From assembly GCA_043799545.1 (NCBI GenBank), contig JAZDNO010000010.1, positions 1 to 36,281 on the forward strand: 36,281 nt of DNA, written 5' to 3'. Both the position numbers and the translations under genes were made by a program. Below, in pieces: positions 24,514-33,890 of this stretch. The notes beneath the pieces were generated by a model. The model was not told the origin of the DNA. It searched no databases and saw only the letters and a list, made by a program, of their open reading frames with translations. Position 1 is the first letter of the stretch; each line of letters starts with the position of its first letter. Source of the DNA: Methanobacteriota archaeon (GTDB lineage Archaea; Thermoplasmatota; Thermoplasmata; SG8-5; DAIRED01).

Positions 24514-25527
24514 ATGGACCCGCCAATGCGTCCGTGCCCTTCGTGCGGGGCGCCGATGGGCTACGTTCCCCAGTACGGCCAATGGTACTGCGCGAGATGC
24601 CAGAGATATGACTCATCTCATGCGTCCCATCAGCAGCCTCCGATTCAATATGGCTACCAACAACCTCCGCCCTACAATCCCTGGCAGAGCCAAGGTTACT
24701 ACCAACAGCCCGCTCCGCCGATGGGCCACGGCCCCTGGCCTCCCGGATACGCGCCCCCGACTGAAGAATCCACGAAGGCCTCGCTCGCGCAGATTGCCGG
24801 CCAACGCCCCGAATCGGAAAAGGCCGTCTCGCCCAGCATGGCATACGGGTTCCTATGGGCTCAGGCGATTTTCCTCGCGTGCCTGTACTTCTCAATGACC
24901 CTCGTACTCATCGAGGGGCTGGACATGGCCACGTGGAATAGCCTGGCGATACTCGGGGTGGTTTTCGCCCTGTGGCTGGTCCTCGGGATTGTCCAGGCGG
25001 TTCTCGTTTACAGGTTGACGGACGCCAGGGACGGCCATTTCAAGCGCGACCGAGCCCTGCGCGAAACGCTCATGCAGCATCTGGCCGTCCGGAATTCGGC
25101 TGGCGGCGGCATCGCGGGCATGGAGCTCGCGACCCTGGGATACCTTAACGCGTCGGCCAGACTTGAGGACAACGGGGATAGGGGTGCGCTGCTCTGGGGA
25201 GTCCTGGCATTCGTACCGGTCGTGAACATGATAACGACCCCCATCATCTTACACGGATTGACGAGGGATTTGGCGGCGCACGACCGGAGGCAGGCGTTCT
25301 TCTGCTACTACGCGGGGATTGCGATGGCGCGAACCGGCAAGGGCATTCAGGACCCCATGTGGCGGCAGCAGGCCGAGCGCTCCGCGGGGCTGTACCTCCT
25401 CCTGGCGTTCATCACGGGAAGCCTGTTCATGTTCTACTGGTACTATGTGACGATAAACGATGTGAACATCCACCTGGCAAGCCAGCGGCGATTCGAGGAT
25501 TCCCTGTCGGCCGCGCTCGCGGGGTGA
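24514..25527 (+). CDS. Membrane protein with N-terminal zinc ribbon and P/Q/Y-rich linker, C-terminal DUF4234-like domain
   Basis: CPSCG..WYCARCQRY, QPPPY-rich linker, several TMs, RSAGLYLLLAFITGSLFMFYWYY..N.H motif of DUF4234 type. TTTTAA box ~25 nt upstream. Confidence 0.62.
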   Translation: MDPPMRPCPSCGAPMGYVPQYGQWYCARCQRYDSSHASHQQPPIQYGYQQPPPYNPWQSQGYYQQPAPPMGHGPWPPGYAPPTEESTKASLAQIAGQRPESEKAVSPSMAYGFLWAQAIFLACLYFSMTLVLIEGLDMATWNSLAILGVVFALWLVLGIVQAVLVYRLTDARDGHFKRDRALRETLMQHLAVRNSAGGGIAGMELATLGYLNASARLEDNGDRGALLWGVLAFVPVVNMITTPIILHGLTRDLAAHDRRQAFFCYYAGIAMARTGKGIQDPMWRQQAERSAGLYLLLAFITGSLFMFYWYYVTINDVNIHLASQRRFEDSLSAALAG

Positions 25528-25531
25528 CTGA

Positions 25532-26038
25532 TTGCCGCCGAGGCGCTATCTGATGCTGGCATTCGCCGCCGGAGCCGCGTCTGCGGCTCTGGCGACAATC
25601 GGGGAGCTCGCCCTCGGGGTTGACATCACCGCGGAGACGGGAGCGGCGTCCGCGATGACCATCGTCCTCGTGACGCTGGTGGCTCCAGTGGTCGAGGAAT
25701 GCGTCAAGCCGCTCGGCGTCTTTCTGATACAGAAGGAGGAGCGCCCGCAGTTCCAGATGAAGGACTGGGCCATGCTCGGGCTGTTCGCGGGGCTGGGCTT
25801 CGCGCTGCTGGAGGATTTCCTCTACGCCACCGGAGTCCTCTCGTACGGCTGGGAGGCCGCGCTCGCCTTGCTCGGGATGAGGCTGCTGCTCCCGCTCCAC
25901 CTCGTCGCCTCGACCCTGACCGGAATAGGGATAGGCATGTACCAGAAGACCGGGCGCCCGCTGGACTTCGCCGTCATGCTCGTTCCGGCGATATGCCTCC
26001 ACGCGCTCTTCAACTTCGCGGCGGTGATTGTCGGATGA
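25532..26038 (+). CDS. PrsW-family intramembrane metalloprotease
   Basis: APVVEECVKP, GLGFALLED, LPLHLV and HALFN motifs match the PrsW EExxK / FxxxE / H / HxxxN pattern. Confidence 0.82.
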   Translation: MPPRRYLMLAFAAGAASAALATIGELALGVDITAETGAASAMTIVLVTLVAPVVEECVKPLGVFLIQKEERPQFQMKDWAMLGLFAGLGFALLEDFLYATGVLSYGWEAALALLGMRLLLPLHLVASTLTGIGIGMYQKTGRPLDFAVMLVPAICLHALFNFAAVIVG

Positions 26039-26379
26039 GCGGCCCCTGGTCCGAGGCGAAATTGGCCATCGCGAAGCTCGTCGCCCCGCTCTCGCTATGG
26101 ATGGCCGCGGGCTGGTCTGCGTACCCGTACGGAATGGAATACGTCACGAGGTTGTCTGGCGAACTCGACCAAATCGACCTTCCCGAGATTCGGGGCTTCA
26201 GCATCGCCGCATCTCTGACATGCATCGCCGTGGCTGCAATATCAGCCGGGTATTATCTCATGATGCGCGGCGAATTTAAGGACTCGCCTGTGCCTCCGCC
26301 CGTCCGCTGCCCGTACTGCGACACGGACAACCCTGCGGGTGCGACATCGTGCACGACATGCGGAAGACGGATGGCCTGA
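26035..26379 (+). CDS. Small membrane protein with C-terminal double-CxxC zinc ribbon
   Basis: ATG 26035 overlaps the PrsW stop (ATGA). Two hydrophobic segments; CPYCDTDNPAGATSCTTCG. Confidence 0.68.
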   Translation: MSGPWSEAKLAIAKLVAPLSLWMAAGWSAYPYGMEYVTRLSGELDQIDLPEIRGFSIAASLTCIAVAAISAGYYLMMRGEFKDSPVPPPVRCPYCDTDNPAGATSCTTCGRRMA

Positions 26380-26392
26380 GCCGACAAACCGA

Positions 26393-27310
26393 TTACGATA
26401 CCATGTACCTGCCGATTTTGGGTTCGAATATCAATCCCTTGTCAAGCAGCGAATCGAGCATCGCCTCGACCTTCGCCTGGTCGAAGCCGTCCTTCTTCGC
26501 GGCCTTGGCGATGTCCTCCAGCGCCGCGCCGCGCCTGTCCTTGCTGATTCCGCCGAGCAGCGCAAGCAGTTTGGACTCCTCGACCGTCGGCGACATCTCC
26601 GCCTCGAGGCTGTCCTCCGCCACCTCTTCCTCGGTCGGGACTTCCACGCGTTCCGCGGGCTCCTTTGCCTCCGGAAGCTCCTGGCTTTGCTGGCTCTCCG
26701 GGAGCAGGTACCTCAGGCTGTCGAGCAGCATCGCCCTGTAGCGCTCCAGGTCCACCTCACCGTAGTGAGCGGCCGCCGCCGCGATGCCCTGAGCCAGCTC
26801 GTCGTATCCGAGCGCGCTCATCTCCTCCGCGGTAACGGGGTCCATCTTTGCGGCCTCAGCGCAGGCGTCCAAGCGGCGCTTGAGGCTCTTGCACGCCTCG
26901 AAGACCCAGTAATCGCGCGTCTTGGCATCGACCTTCTTTACAGCCTCGGGCCTGACCGAAACGTACGTTACGCCTGGCTCGGGGCTGTATGTGCGGAACT
27001 TGCCCACTATCGCGGCGAAGACCGGCGGCTTCAGCTTCGCCAGCTCCCTGGCGGCTTCGAGCTGGAACTGCCCAGCGCTGACGTAGAACGTTCCGGTCGG
27101 GTCGGACATCCGCGCCTTCCACAGAGGCTCCTCGTCGCTGCCAGTGTTCTGTATGTCGGTTATGACACCCACGGCGACTATGCGGTTTATCCGGGCTCCG
27201 AGGGGCGTCACCAGGTACGACGGCGCCTTCTCGCCTTCGCCCTGCTGTTCGAGGTTCGAGTCGCTGAACTCCGCAGCGAAGACCCTCCAGGCTACTTCCC
27301 TGTGAGTCAT
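26393..27310 (-). CDS. RPA-associated/RPA2-type OB-fold protein with C-terminal winged-helix-like end
   Basis: REVAWRVFAAEF, PSYLVTPLGARINRIVAVGVIT, ARMSDPTG.FYVSAGQFQ, C-terminal LDSLLDKGLIFEPKIGRY. Coupled to rpa. Confidence 0.78.
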   Translation of the reverse strand: MTHREVAWRVFAAEFSDSNLEQQGEGEKAPSYLVTPLGARINRIVAVGVITDIQNTGSDEEPLWKARMSDPTGTFYVSAGQFQLEAARELAKLKPPVFAAIVGKFRTYSPEPGVTYVSVRPEAVKKVDAKTRDYWVFEACKSLKRRLDACAEAAKMDPVTAEEMSALGYDELAQGIAAAAAHYGEVDLERYRAMLLDSLRYLLPESQQSQELPEAKEPAERVEVPTEEEVAEDSLEAEMSPTVEESKLLALLGGISKDRRGAALEDIAKAAKKDGFDQAKVEAMLDSLLDKGLIFEPKIGRYMVS

Positions 27311-28638
27311 TCCGCGCCACCCCCTTCCTCGGCCGCGAGCATCTTGCGGGCGTCGTCAGCGACCTCGATGACCGGCATCGCAAGCTCCGTGCCGATGAGC
27401 ATGAGGCCAAACTCGTCGCTGGTCGCGTTGCCCCTGGCGACGACTGGCCTGGCCATGATCATGTCAGCGAGCTTCTTGCCTATGGCATCGTAGTTGACGA
27501 CTTTCATCTTCTTGACCTCGGAGAGGCATTCGTCCAGCGTTTGCCCTAGGATGCGCTCGGTTATCTCGCGCCCGAAGACCGCAGTGAGCGTGCTGGTCCC
27601 GTCGTCGAGAATCGCCTTTATCCTCAGGTCTGGGATTGCATCGACCTCGCCGTGAATCCTGCATGCGCCGTTCTGGGTGACGCGGTTGCACTGGGCGCAG
27701 CGGAATATGATGCCCGTTCCTCCGCGGACGTCCAAAATCATCCCCTTCAGGGTCACGTCGAATCCGCCACCGGCCTGCTCGACGTCCAGGACCGTCCTGA
27801 CCGCAGCCGCGGAAAAGTCCTTGATGCCCGGCAGCTCGGCCTCGCTCTTCGAGACCTGGGAGCGCTCGTCGAAGTTGAGCTGCGGGATTCCGCGCCACGA
27901 TTTCGTGTAGGCTCCAGTTATCTTCACGGGGTCTCCAGCCTTGAGCCCGAAGTCGTGCCATGCGGTGAACTGGACCTTGCCCGATTCGTCGCCCAGCACA
28001 CCCGAGATGAGGGTCTTCTTCGCGCCCTTGACCTCGACCTCGCGCTTGTCCAGAGATAGGACGCGTGCGATGACGGTCACGCCGCTGGTGCCATCCTTCA
28101 GCTCGGCAATCTTGAGCTCGGTGGACTCCCTGCGCCCGCCTCCGCGCGGAAGCGCGGTGTCGACCTCCTTCGTGACCTTTGCCCTGTTGCCCAGGTTGAC
28201 CTGCGGCTCCCCCTTCCACTCGGTGGTGTATGCGTTCTCGATTCGCAGGACATCGCCTTTGGCCAGCTTGAACGCCGACGAGTCCCATGCCGTGAACGGG
28301 CGGGTCGTCGTGTCGTCCGCCAGTATCCCCGAGTAAATCATCTTCTTCTCGCCCTTGGCCGTGATTTCCTTCTCGTTGAGGTGAATCACGCGCACGAGCA
28401 AGTTGACGCTCGGCTCGTTCGGCTGGAGCTCGCCCAGCTTGCGGCTCACGGCTTCGCCGGAGGAGAACGGCAGAGCGCCGCCCAGCTCCCTCGCGACCAT
28501 GCGCTTCGCCTGCGGGAGCGGCAGCTTGTACGTTTCGATGTACTCCTTCAAAAGCTCCCCGATCTTCTTCCTGTCCGCCTTCTCTCCTAGCGCCCTGGCG
28601 ATTTCGTCCACATGGGGCGCGGTTTCGTCTATTTTCAT
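27307..28638 (-). CDS. rpa: Replication protein A large subunit (multiple OB folds + zinc finger)
   Basis: Repeated OB folds (G.LADDT..RPFTAW; GVLGDESGKVQFTAW), CAQCNR..CRIH zinc finger, DLRIKAILDDGT. Confidence 0.88.
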   Translation of the reverse strand: MKIDETAPHVDEIARALGEKADRKKIGELLKEYIETYKLPLPQAKRMVARELGGALPFSSGEAVSRKLGELQPNEPSVNLLVRVIHLNEKEITAKGEKKMIYSGILADDTTTRPFTAWDSSAFKLAKGDVLRIENAYTTEWKGEPQVNLGNRAKVTKEVDTALPRGGGRRESTELKIAELKDGTSGVTVIARVLSLDKREVEVKGAKKTLISGVLGDESGKVQFTAWHDFGLKAGDPVKITGAYTKSWRGIPQLNFDERSQVSKSEAELPGIKDFSAAAVRTVLDVEQAGGGFDVTLKGMILDVRGGTGIIFRCAQCNRVTQNGACRIHGEVDAIPDLRIKAILDDGTSTLTAVFGREITERILGQTLDECLSEVKKMKVVNYDAIGKKLADMIMARPVVARGNATSDEFGLMLIGTELAMPVIEVADDARKMLAAEEGGGAE

Positions 28639-28743
28639 CCGTACACTTCCAGAGGCGCGCAATTCCTGTTGCCTCGGGGGATGATTGGCGTGGGAGTATT
28701 AATAGCCTGATAGGGGAGGGCCGAAAGTGGTTCCCCTTGAGCC

Positions 28744-28941
28744 TCAATACTCTTTGCTCTCCCTGTGCTTTGCAATCAACTTGATGTACATTTCGTATGC
28801 TTCCTTGCCTTCGCAGTGGTGGCGGATTGCCCTCCCCAAGGCGCGCTCGAACGACTCGTCCCTGAGGCGTATATTCTTAGCCTCCGCGAGAATGGCCTCG
28901 TCACTTGCGCGCGAGGGCGATGAAGTTTTTGAAGATTTCAT
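28744..28941 (-). CDS. Small hypothetical helical protein
   Basis: 65-aa ORF directly downstream of guaAA with charged amphipathic composition. Only in-frame ATG overlaps guaAA by 41 nt. Confidence 0.4.
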   Translation of the reverse strand: MKSSKTSSPSRASDEAILAEAKNIRLRDESFERALGRAIRHHCEGKEAYEMYIKLIAKHRESKEY

Positions 28942-29467
28942 AGCCGTGCTCCGTGTGCTCCACCTCGGGGTGGAATTGGACCCCGTAGAACGGTTTGCCC
29001 ATGTGTTTGAACGCTTGGACCTTGCACCCTGCCGAATGGGCGAGAATCTTCAGCTCTTTGGGCAAGGGGGTCTTGACCTCGTCGTTGTGCGACTCCCAGC
29101 CGAAGAACTTCGATGGCAATCCGGCAAAAATCTCGTCGTGCTCGTCAATCTCCAGCTCCATTTTGCCGTACTCCGGCACATCGGCCGGGCCGGCCGTCGC
29201 CCCGAAGTGCATCGCGATGAACTGGCAGCCCACGCAGATTCCCAGGACCGGAATGGCTGCAACGTCCAGATATTCGCCCGTGCTGCCGAGCTTGGAAGCC
29301 TCGCTCCCGATTCGCGGCGCCCCTCCGGAAAGGACGATGGCGTCCGCATCCAGCTTCTCGAAGGGCGTCGTGTTGGCGACAATGCGCGCGTCGGCGCCGA
29401 TGTCCCTGAGCACGCGCCACTCGCGATGGGTCCATTGACCGCCATTATCTACCACGGCAACCTTCAT
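28901..29467 (-). CDS. guaAA: GMP synthase subunit A (class I glutamine amidotransferase)
   Basis: VVDNGGQWTHR, PVLGICVGCQ (catalytic Cys), ESHNDEV, GVQFHPE. TTTTATAA box ~22 nt upstream on the minus strand. Confidence 0.93.
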   Translation of the reverse strand: MKVAVVDNGGQWTHREWRVLRDIGADARIVANTTPFEKLDADAIVLSGGAPRIGSEASKLGSTGEYLDVAAIPVLGICVGCQFIAMHFGATAGPADVPEYGKMELEIDEHDEIFAGLPSKFFGWESHNDEVKTPLPKELKILAHSAGCKVQAFKHMGKPFYGVQFHPEVEHTEHGYEIFKNFIALARK

Positions 29468-29563
29468 CGCGGGAGGATTGCTCACGGATTATAAAAGGTT
29501 GGCATTATCAGCGGTGGCAATTCAGTGAATAGGTTTTTATATCCTCGCGTCATTTGCCAATAG

Positions 29564-29731
29564 ATGAAAAACTGGGAAGACGGCGAGCTCGATGCCGTCG
29601 ACGACTGCAACTGCGTCAACTGCAGGCTCGGCAGATTAGAGAAGGCAATAGTAAGTCTCTCGGAGAACATTGCCGAGCTGGTGGAAAACTCACGTGCGGG
29701 CGTCCCACCGCGCGCGAAGGGCAAAGCCTGA
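29564..29731 (+). CDS. Small 55-aa protein with CxCxxC motif and coiled-coil-like segment (below the ORF-track cutoff)
   Basis: Hand translation MKNWEDGELDAVDDCNCVNCRLGRLEKAIVSLSENIAELVENSRAGVPPRAKGKA*. TTTTTATA box at ~29534-29541. Fills the guaAA-guaAB gap, ending 1 nt from the guaAB stop. Confidence 0.62.
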   Translation: MKNWEDGELDAVDDCNCVNCRLGRLEKAIVSLSENIAELVENSRAGVPPRAKGKA

Positions 29732-29732
29732 T

Positions 29733-30686
29733 TCATTCCCATTCTATGGTTCCCGGGGGCTTGTTGGTGATGTCGTAGACAACCCGGTTGACCTTGTCCT
29801 TCATCGTGTTCGTTATCCGAATAGATATCCTTTCCAGCACCTCGTGCGGGATTTTCGAATAAGCTGCGGTCATTCCGTCGAGGGACTGGACGGCCCGCAC
29901 GACTATCGTGCACCCGTAAGCCCTGACGTCCCCCTGGACGCCGACGGTCCTCACAGGCAGAAGGACGGCGAAGTATTGCCAGGGAAGCTCCATTTTGCCG
30001 GCCCTGGCCGCCCCCTCGAACTCTTCCTCGACTATGGCGCAGGCCTCGCGGACGATGCCCGCCGCCTCAGGCGTTGGCTCCCCCAGTATGCGCACTGCCA
30101 GGCCTGGGCCCGGAAACGGCTGCTTGTCGTATATTGCGATTCCCAGGGCCTTGCCGACCTTGCGCACCTCGTCCTTATACAAATCCCTCAGCGGCTCGAC
30201 GAGCGTGAGCTCCATGTCCTTCGGTAGCGCGCCGACGTTGTGGTGGGATTTTATCACGTCGCGCAGCCCGCCGCCGCTCTCTATCCAGTCCGGGGCTATC
30301 GTGCCCTGAACCAGGAACTTCGCGCCGGTCTTCTTGGCCTCGCGCTCGAAGACCCGTATGAACCTCTCGCCGATTATCATGCGTTTCGCCTCTGGCTCGA
30401 TTGTGCCCTTCAGCGCAGAGAAGAATTCCTCGCTGGCGTCGATGATTACATGCTTGACACCCATCTCCGTGAGCATCTTCCCGACGCCCGCCGCCTCCCC
30501 CTTGCGGAGGAATCCAGTGTCGACGTGCACACCAATGAGGTTGTCCCCGATGGCCCGCGATACGAGCACGGCCGCAACGGTGCTGTCGACGCCCCCGGAG
30601 CACGCGATGACCGCCTGCCCCTTAATCTCGTCCTTCAGAGTCTCGACTTCCTCCCTGATGAACTTCTCCGCGTCGAACACCGTCAA
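29733..30686 (-). CDS. guaAB: GMP synthase subunit B (ATP pyrophosphatase)
   Basis: SGGVDS PP-loop, [69 protein letters not shown] start overlaps the purE stop. Confidence 0.95.
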   Translation of the reverse strand: MTVFDAEKFIREEVETLKDEIKGQAVIACSGGVDSTVAAVLVSRAIGDNLIGVHVDTGFLRKGEAAGVGKMLTEMGVKHVIIDASEEFFSALKGTIEPEAKRMIIGERFIRVFEREAKKTGAKFLVQGTIAPDWIESGGGLRDVIKSHHNVGALPKDMELTLVEPLRDLYKDEVRKVGKALGIAIYDKQPFPGPGLAVRILGEPTPEAAGIVREACAIVEEEFEGAARAGKMELPWQYFAVLLPVRTVGVQGDVRAYGCTIVVRAVQSLDGMTAAYSKIPHEVLERISIRITNTMKDKVNRVVYDITNKPPGTIEWE

Positions 30687-31153
30687 CCCTCCAGTGATTT
30701 GGCGTCCTCTTCAAGCTTAATGACCATGCCCGCGCGATGAGCTGCGAGTTTCCCAGAGAGCTTTTCGTCCCCGACCGCCAGTATCTCGACCGCGAGCAGG
30801 GCTGCGTTGCCGCCCATGTCCAGCCCCACGCCAGCCACCGGTATTCCGGGGGGCATCTGGACGATGGAGAGTATGGAATCCAGGTTGACCTTCCCGCTCA
30901 CGGGAACGCCTATCACTGGCTTGGTCGTGTGCGCCGCGATTACGCCGGGCAGGGCTGCTGAAAGGCCGGCTATGGCGATGAAGACTCCCGCGCCGCTCCT
31001 CTCTGCAATCTCAACAACCTTCTTCGGGGTGCGGTGGGCCGATGCCACATCCAATCGGTATGTGATTCCCATCTCCTTGAAGATGTCGATGGCCTTCTGC
31101 GCAACCGGCATGTCGCTCTTGCTGCCCATGACTATGTGAACCTGCGCTGACAT
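30683..31153 (-). CDS. purE: N5-carboxyaminoimidazole ribonucleotide mutase / AIR carboxylase PurE
   Basis: [49 protein letters not shown]. Confidence 0.96.
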   Translation of the reverse strand: MSAQVHIVMGSKSDMPVAQKAIDIFKEMGITYRLDVASAHRTPKKVVEIAERSGAGVFIAIAGLSAALPGVIAAHTTKPVIGVPVSGKVNLDSILSIVQMPPGIPVAGVGLDMGGNAALLAVEILAVGDEKLSGKLAAHRAGMVIKLEEDAKSLEG

Positions 31154-31225
31154 GGCTCAGCCATAGCAAATCGGAATGATAAAAGTTTGCGAAAGGGATT
31201 TGGTCTGTTCTTCGCTCAGGACCGC

Positions 31226-31546
31226 TTATGCCTTCATTATCGCAGCGAGGAACATCCCGATCGCCGCCAGCGCGCCGACGGCGGCCGCGACTATCACGAG
31301 CACGGACTGGATTATTACCTCTTTCAGGGAGACAGTTATTATCGGCTCGTCGAGGATGAGCCACGAGCTGATGATTACCCAGATCAGGCCCAAAACCAAG
31401 CCGAGACCGAGAAGCCCGCCTCCGATTTTCCTGCTCTTTCCGCTCCCGAAGTAGGCCGTGAAAATGCCAGCCACCAGCAGGAAGACCGCGAACGTCAGCA
31501 TGAATATCGTCAGGAACTCGTTGAGACCAACTTCCATTTCATTCAC
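31226..31546 (-). CDS. Small hypothetical membrane protein (3 TM)
   Basis: Hydrophobic 106-aa ORF (GIFTAYFGSGKSRKIG) starting 1 nt after the Lrp stop. Confidence 0.72.
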   Translation of the reverse strand: MNEMEVGLNEFLTIFMLTFAVFLLVAGIFTAYFGSGKSRKIGGGLLGLGLVLGLIWVIISSWLILDEPIITVSLKEVIIQSVLVIVAAAVGALAAIGMFLAAIMKA

Positions 31547-31547
31547 C

Positions 31548-31781
31548 TCAGAACTTAATGCCTGTCAGAGTCTTCGTGTCGATGACGCCCGGTATGGTCC
31601 TCACCTTGTCCACCACGACCTGGCCCAGGACGTTGAAATCCTCGGCCTCGATCTTGGCGATCAGGTCATATTCTCCGAAGAGCGGGTGCAGCTCGACGAC
31701 TTCCTTCACTTTGAGGAGGCCATTGTACACCTCGTGCTCCTTGGCGGGCGCTGTACTTATCAATACGAAGCCTACAGCCAT
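31548..31781 (-). CDS. Stand-alone Lrp/AsnC ligand-binding (RAM) domain protein
   Basis: AVGFVLI, V.E.HPLFGEYDLIAKI, VRTIPGVIDTKT; no HTH. GGTGA RBS upstream of ATG 31781. Confidence 0.88.
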   Translation of the reverse strand: MAVGFVLISTAPAKEHEVYNGLLKVKEVVELHPLFGEYDLIAKIEAEDFNVLGQVVVDKVRTIPGVIDTKTLTGIKF

Positions 31782-31916
31782 TAGTTCACCGATTGCATAA
31801 AGGTGTCGTGGGGTATAAACCTTTCGATGGCAAGCCAGATTTGAAAAAACCGCCGGTTTGCACGCCGCCGAAACGCTTATATCGTGCTTCACGTTTGCAC
31901 CGAATCGAGGCGACAT

Positions 31917-32084
31917 ATGGCAAAGAAAAAGAAGGGCGAAGGCTTCCACTCCGCCGCGGGTCTCATACGATACTTCGACGACGAGGACGAGCGCTCGTTC
32001 AAGATCAACCCGTATTTCGTCCTGGCCATGTGCGTCGGGGCGACCGTCGTAGTCCTCGTGTCTTCATACCTCTGGCCGACCTGA
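31917..32084 (+). CDS. secG: Preprotein translocase subunit Sec61beta/SecG
   Basis: SAAGLIRYFDDE..KINPYFV followed by a single TM; CTTATAT box upstream. Confidence 0.9.
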   Translation: MAKKKKGEGFHSAAGLIRYFDDEDERSFKINPYFVLAMCVGATVVVLVSSYLWPT

Positions 32085-32109
32085 GCCGAATCTGTTGCTT
32101 TTTGAGTTC

Positions 32110-33567
32110 TCAACCGTCCTCAGAGCCCGCGTCTTTCCCCGGCCTGAGCGCCAGCGCGAGGCAGAGGCTCACGGCAGCGAAAACCGCTCCGACGACCCAC
32201 GCCCAGAAGTAGCCCGCCTCGACCGTCAGTTCGATTGCCTGCATCCCAGTCGGAGCTCCGGGAGGGAGCCACGCGGTCACATGACGCGACATCACGACCG
32301 CCCCGAGAACCGGCCCTATCGAGCCTCCGACGACCCTGAAGAGGGTGTTCATGCCAGAGGCTAGGCCGAACTCCTCCTTCGGCGCGCTCAAGGCGATTAT
32401 GTTAATCAGCGAGACCATCCCGAAACCTATGCCAATCCCGCAGACGAAGATCCCTAGCATTATTGCAGCTGCGCTTCCGTGGAACGCTATCAGCGAGGCG
32501 TACCCGCACATAAGGGCCAGCATCCCTATCGCGAGAGTCCTGTCAGAACCGATTCTCTTTGTGAGCTGGCCTGCGACTGGTGCGAAGACCAGCTGGGCGA
32601 TGGCGCTCGGGAACATGTAAATCCCGACAGTCAGTGCGTCCGGCAGCCCCAGCCCTCCCAGCGCGCGCGGGCTGATGAGGAAGAACGGCATCGTCTGGAA
32701 GAGCAGGAACATAGAAAGCCCGATGAACAACGCCGTGATATTGGCGCCGAAAATTCCCCGGTTCGCCATGAGCTTCAGATTGACCATGGGCTCCTCGACG
32801 CGCTTCTCCCAAAGGACGAAGCCGAGGCTTAGCGCAGCGGATGCCGCGAACATCGCCACGATGCCGATGCTGGTCCATCCCCAATCCTCACCCTGCGTGA
32901 GGGCCAGGAGCAGGAAGAGCACCCCGCCGCCCAGCATCGCGGCGCCCGCCACGTCTAATCTCGCCTTTCTGTTCGGGTCGTCCCCTTTTATGGTTTTTTG
33001 GAGGACGAAGAACATCACCGCGAACAGCGGGGCGACGATGTAGAATGAGGCACGCCACGAGAACTCGGAGACTATGTACCCGCCGCCCAGCAGCCCGACA
33101 GAGACGCCGACCGAGAACATCGCGCTGATTATTCCGATGGCCACTGGTATCTGCCTCTTCGGAAAAGTGTCCCTGACTATGCCGAATGCGAGGGGGAACA
33201 TGCCCATCCCCACGCCCTGGACCGCCCGGAAGGCGATGAGGGTCGGTATCGACCACGACAGGGCGCAGCCAGCCAGGCCAGTGATATAGACAACCATCCC
33301 CGCGAGCAGGACGCGCTTCTTCCCGTACATGTCCCCGAGCCGCCCAAGAAGCGGTGTGGAGACCGCGCCGACAAGCATGTACGCCGACAGCACCCAGGAA
33401 ATCCAGCGGGCGTCGGTGGGGTACTGCGTGGCAATCTTCGGCAGCGCCGGGACCAGCATGATCTCTATGAACATGACCATCATCGCGATGAAGGCCAGCT
33501 CCACGAGTATTATTCCGTTGCCCTTGAACGAGAGCTTTCCGCCTTCGCCGTCCTGAGTATCGCCCAT
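32110..33567 (-). CDS. MFS transporter, DHA2 (14-TM) drug/metabolite efflux type
   Basis: GRLGDMYGKKRV motif A, RAVQGVG motif B, EKRVEEPMVNLKLM, multiple TMs. Confidence 0.9.
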   Translation of the reverse strand: MGDTQDGEGGKLSFKGNGIILVELAFIAMMVMFIEIMLVPALPKIATQYPTDARWISWVLSAYMLVGAVSTPLLGRLGDMYGKKRVLLAGMVVYITGLAGCALSWSIPTLIAFRAVQGVGMGMFPLAFGIVRDTFPKRQIPVAIGIISAMFSVGVSVGLLGGGYIVSEFSWRASFYIVAPLFAVMFFVLQKTIKGDDPNRKARLDVAGAAMLGGGVLFLLLALTQGEDWGWTSIGIVAMFAASAALSLGFVLWEKRVEEPMVNLKLMANRGIFGANITALFIGLSMFLLFQTMPFFLISPRALGGLGLPDALTVGIYMFPSAIAQLVFAPVAGQLTKRIGSDRTLAIGMLALMCGYASLIAFHGSAAAIMLGIFVCGIGIGFGMVSLINIIALSAPKEEFGLASGMNTLFRVVGGSIGPVLGAVVMSRHVTAWLPPGAPTGMQAIELTVEAGYFWAWVVGAVFAAVSLCLALALRPGKDAGSEDG

Positions 33568-33665
33568 TGAATGTGCCCGGTCGACAGTTGACTCCGCCGG
33601 TTGTATTTATATATGGAGCCATAGTGACGGCAACTTTCATAGACCACCACTCGATGGGGCATGTC

Positions 33666-33890
33666 GTGAAGGTCGTAGTCATCGGCAACAACGTTTCGGG
33701 CAACACGACGGCGAGGGATGTGAGGGACCTCTCGCCAGATGCGGAAAAAATCATCTTCACTTCCGAGCCGTACCACTACTACCCGAGGCCGATGCTCGTT
33801 GAGTTCATCGCAGGCAGCGTTCCGGAGGAGAAGCTCTTCCTGAACAAGACCAGTTGTGAAATACTCATTCCGAGAGCTTCTTGTCGATGA
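33666..33890 (+). pseudogene. Truncated N-terminal fragment of an FAD-dependent pyridine nucleotide-disulfide oxidoreductase (NirB/rubredoxin reductase-like)
   Basis: KVVVIGNNVSGNTTA..EPYHYYPRPMLVEFIAG matches the first ~60 aa of this family, then degenerates into the antisense of the acylphosphatase 3' end. Confidence 0.75.

Noticed and set aside
26415-26435. GGTTCGAAT tRNA T-loop-like motif
   Set aside because: Lies inside the RPA2-type coding sequence with no cloverleaf around it.
31548-31781. HTH-less Lrp protein as a novelty
   Set aside because: Stand-alone RAM-domain (demi-FFRP) proteins are common in archaea.
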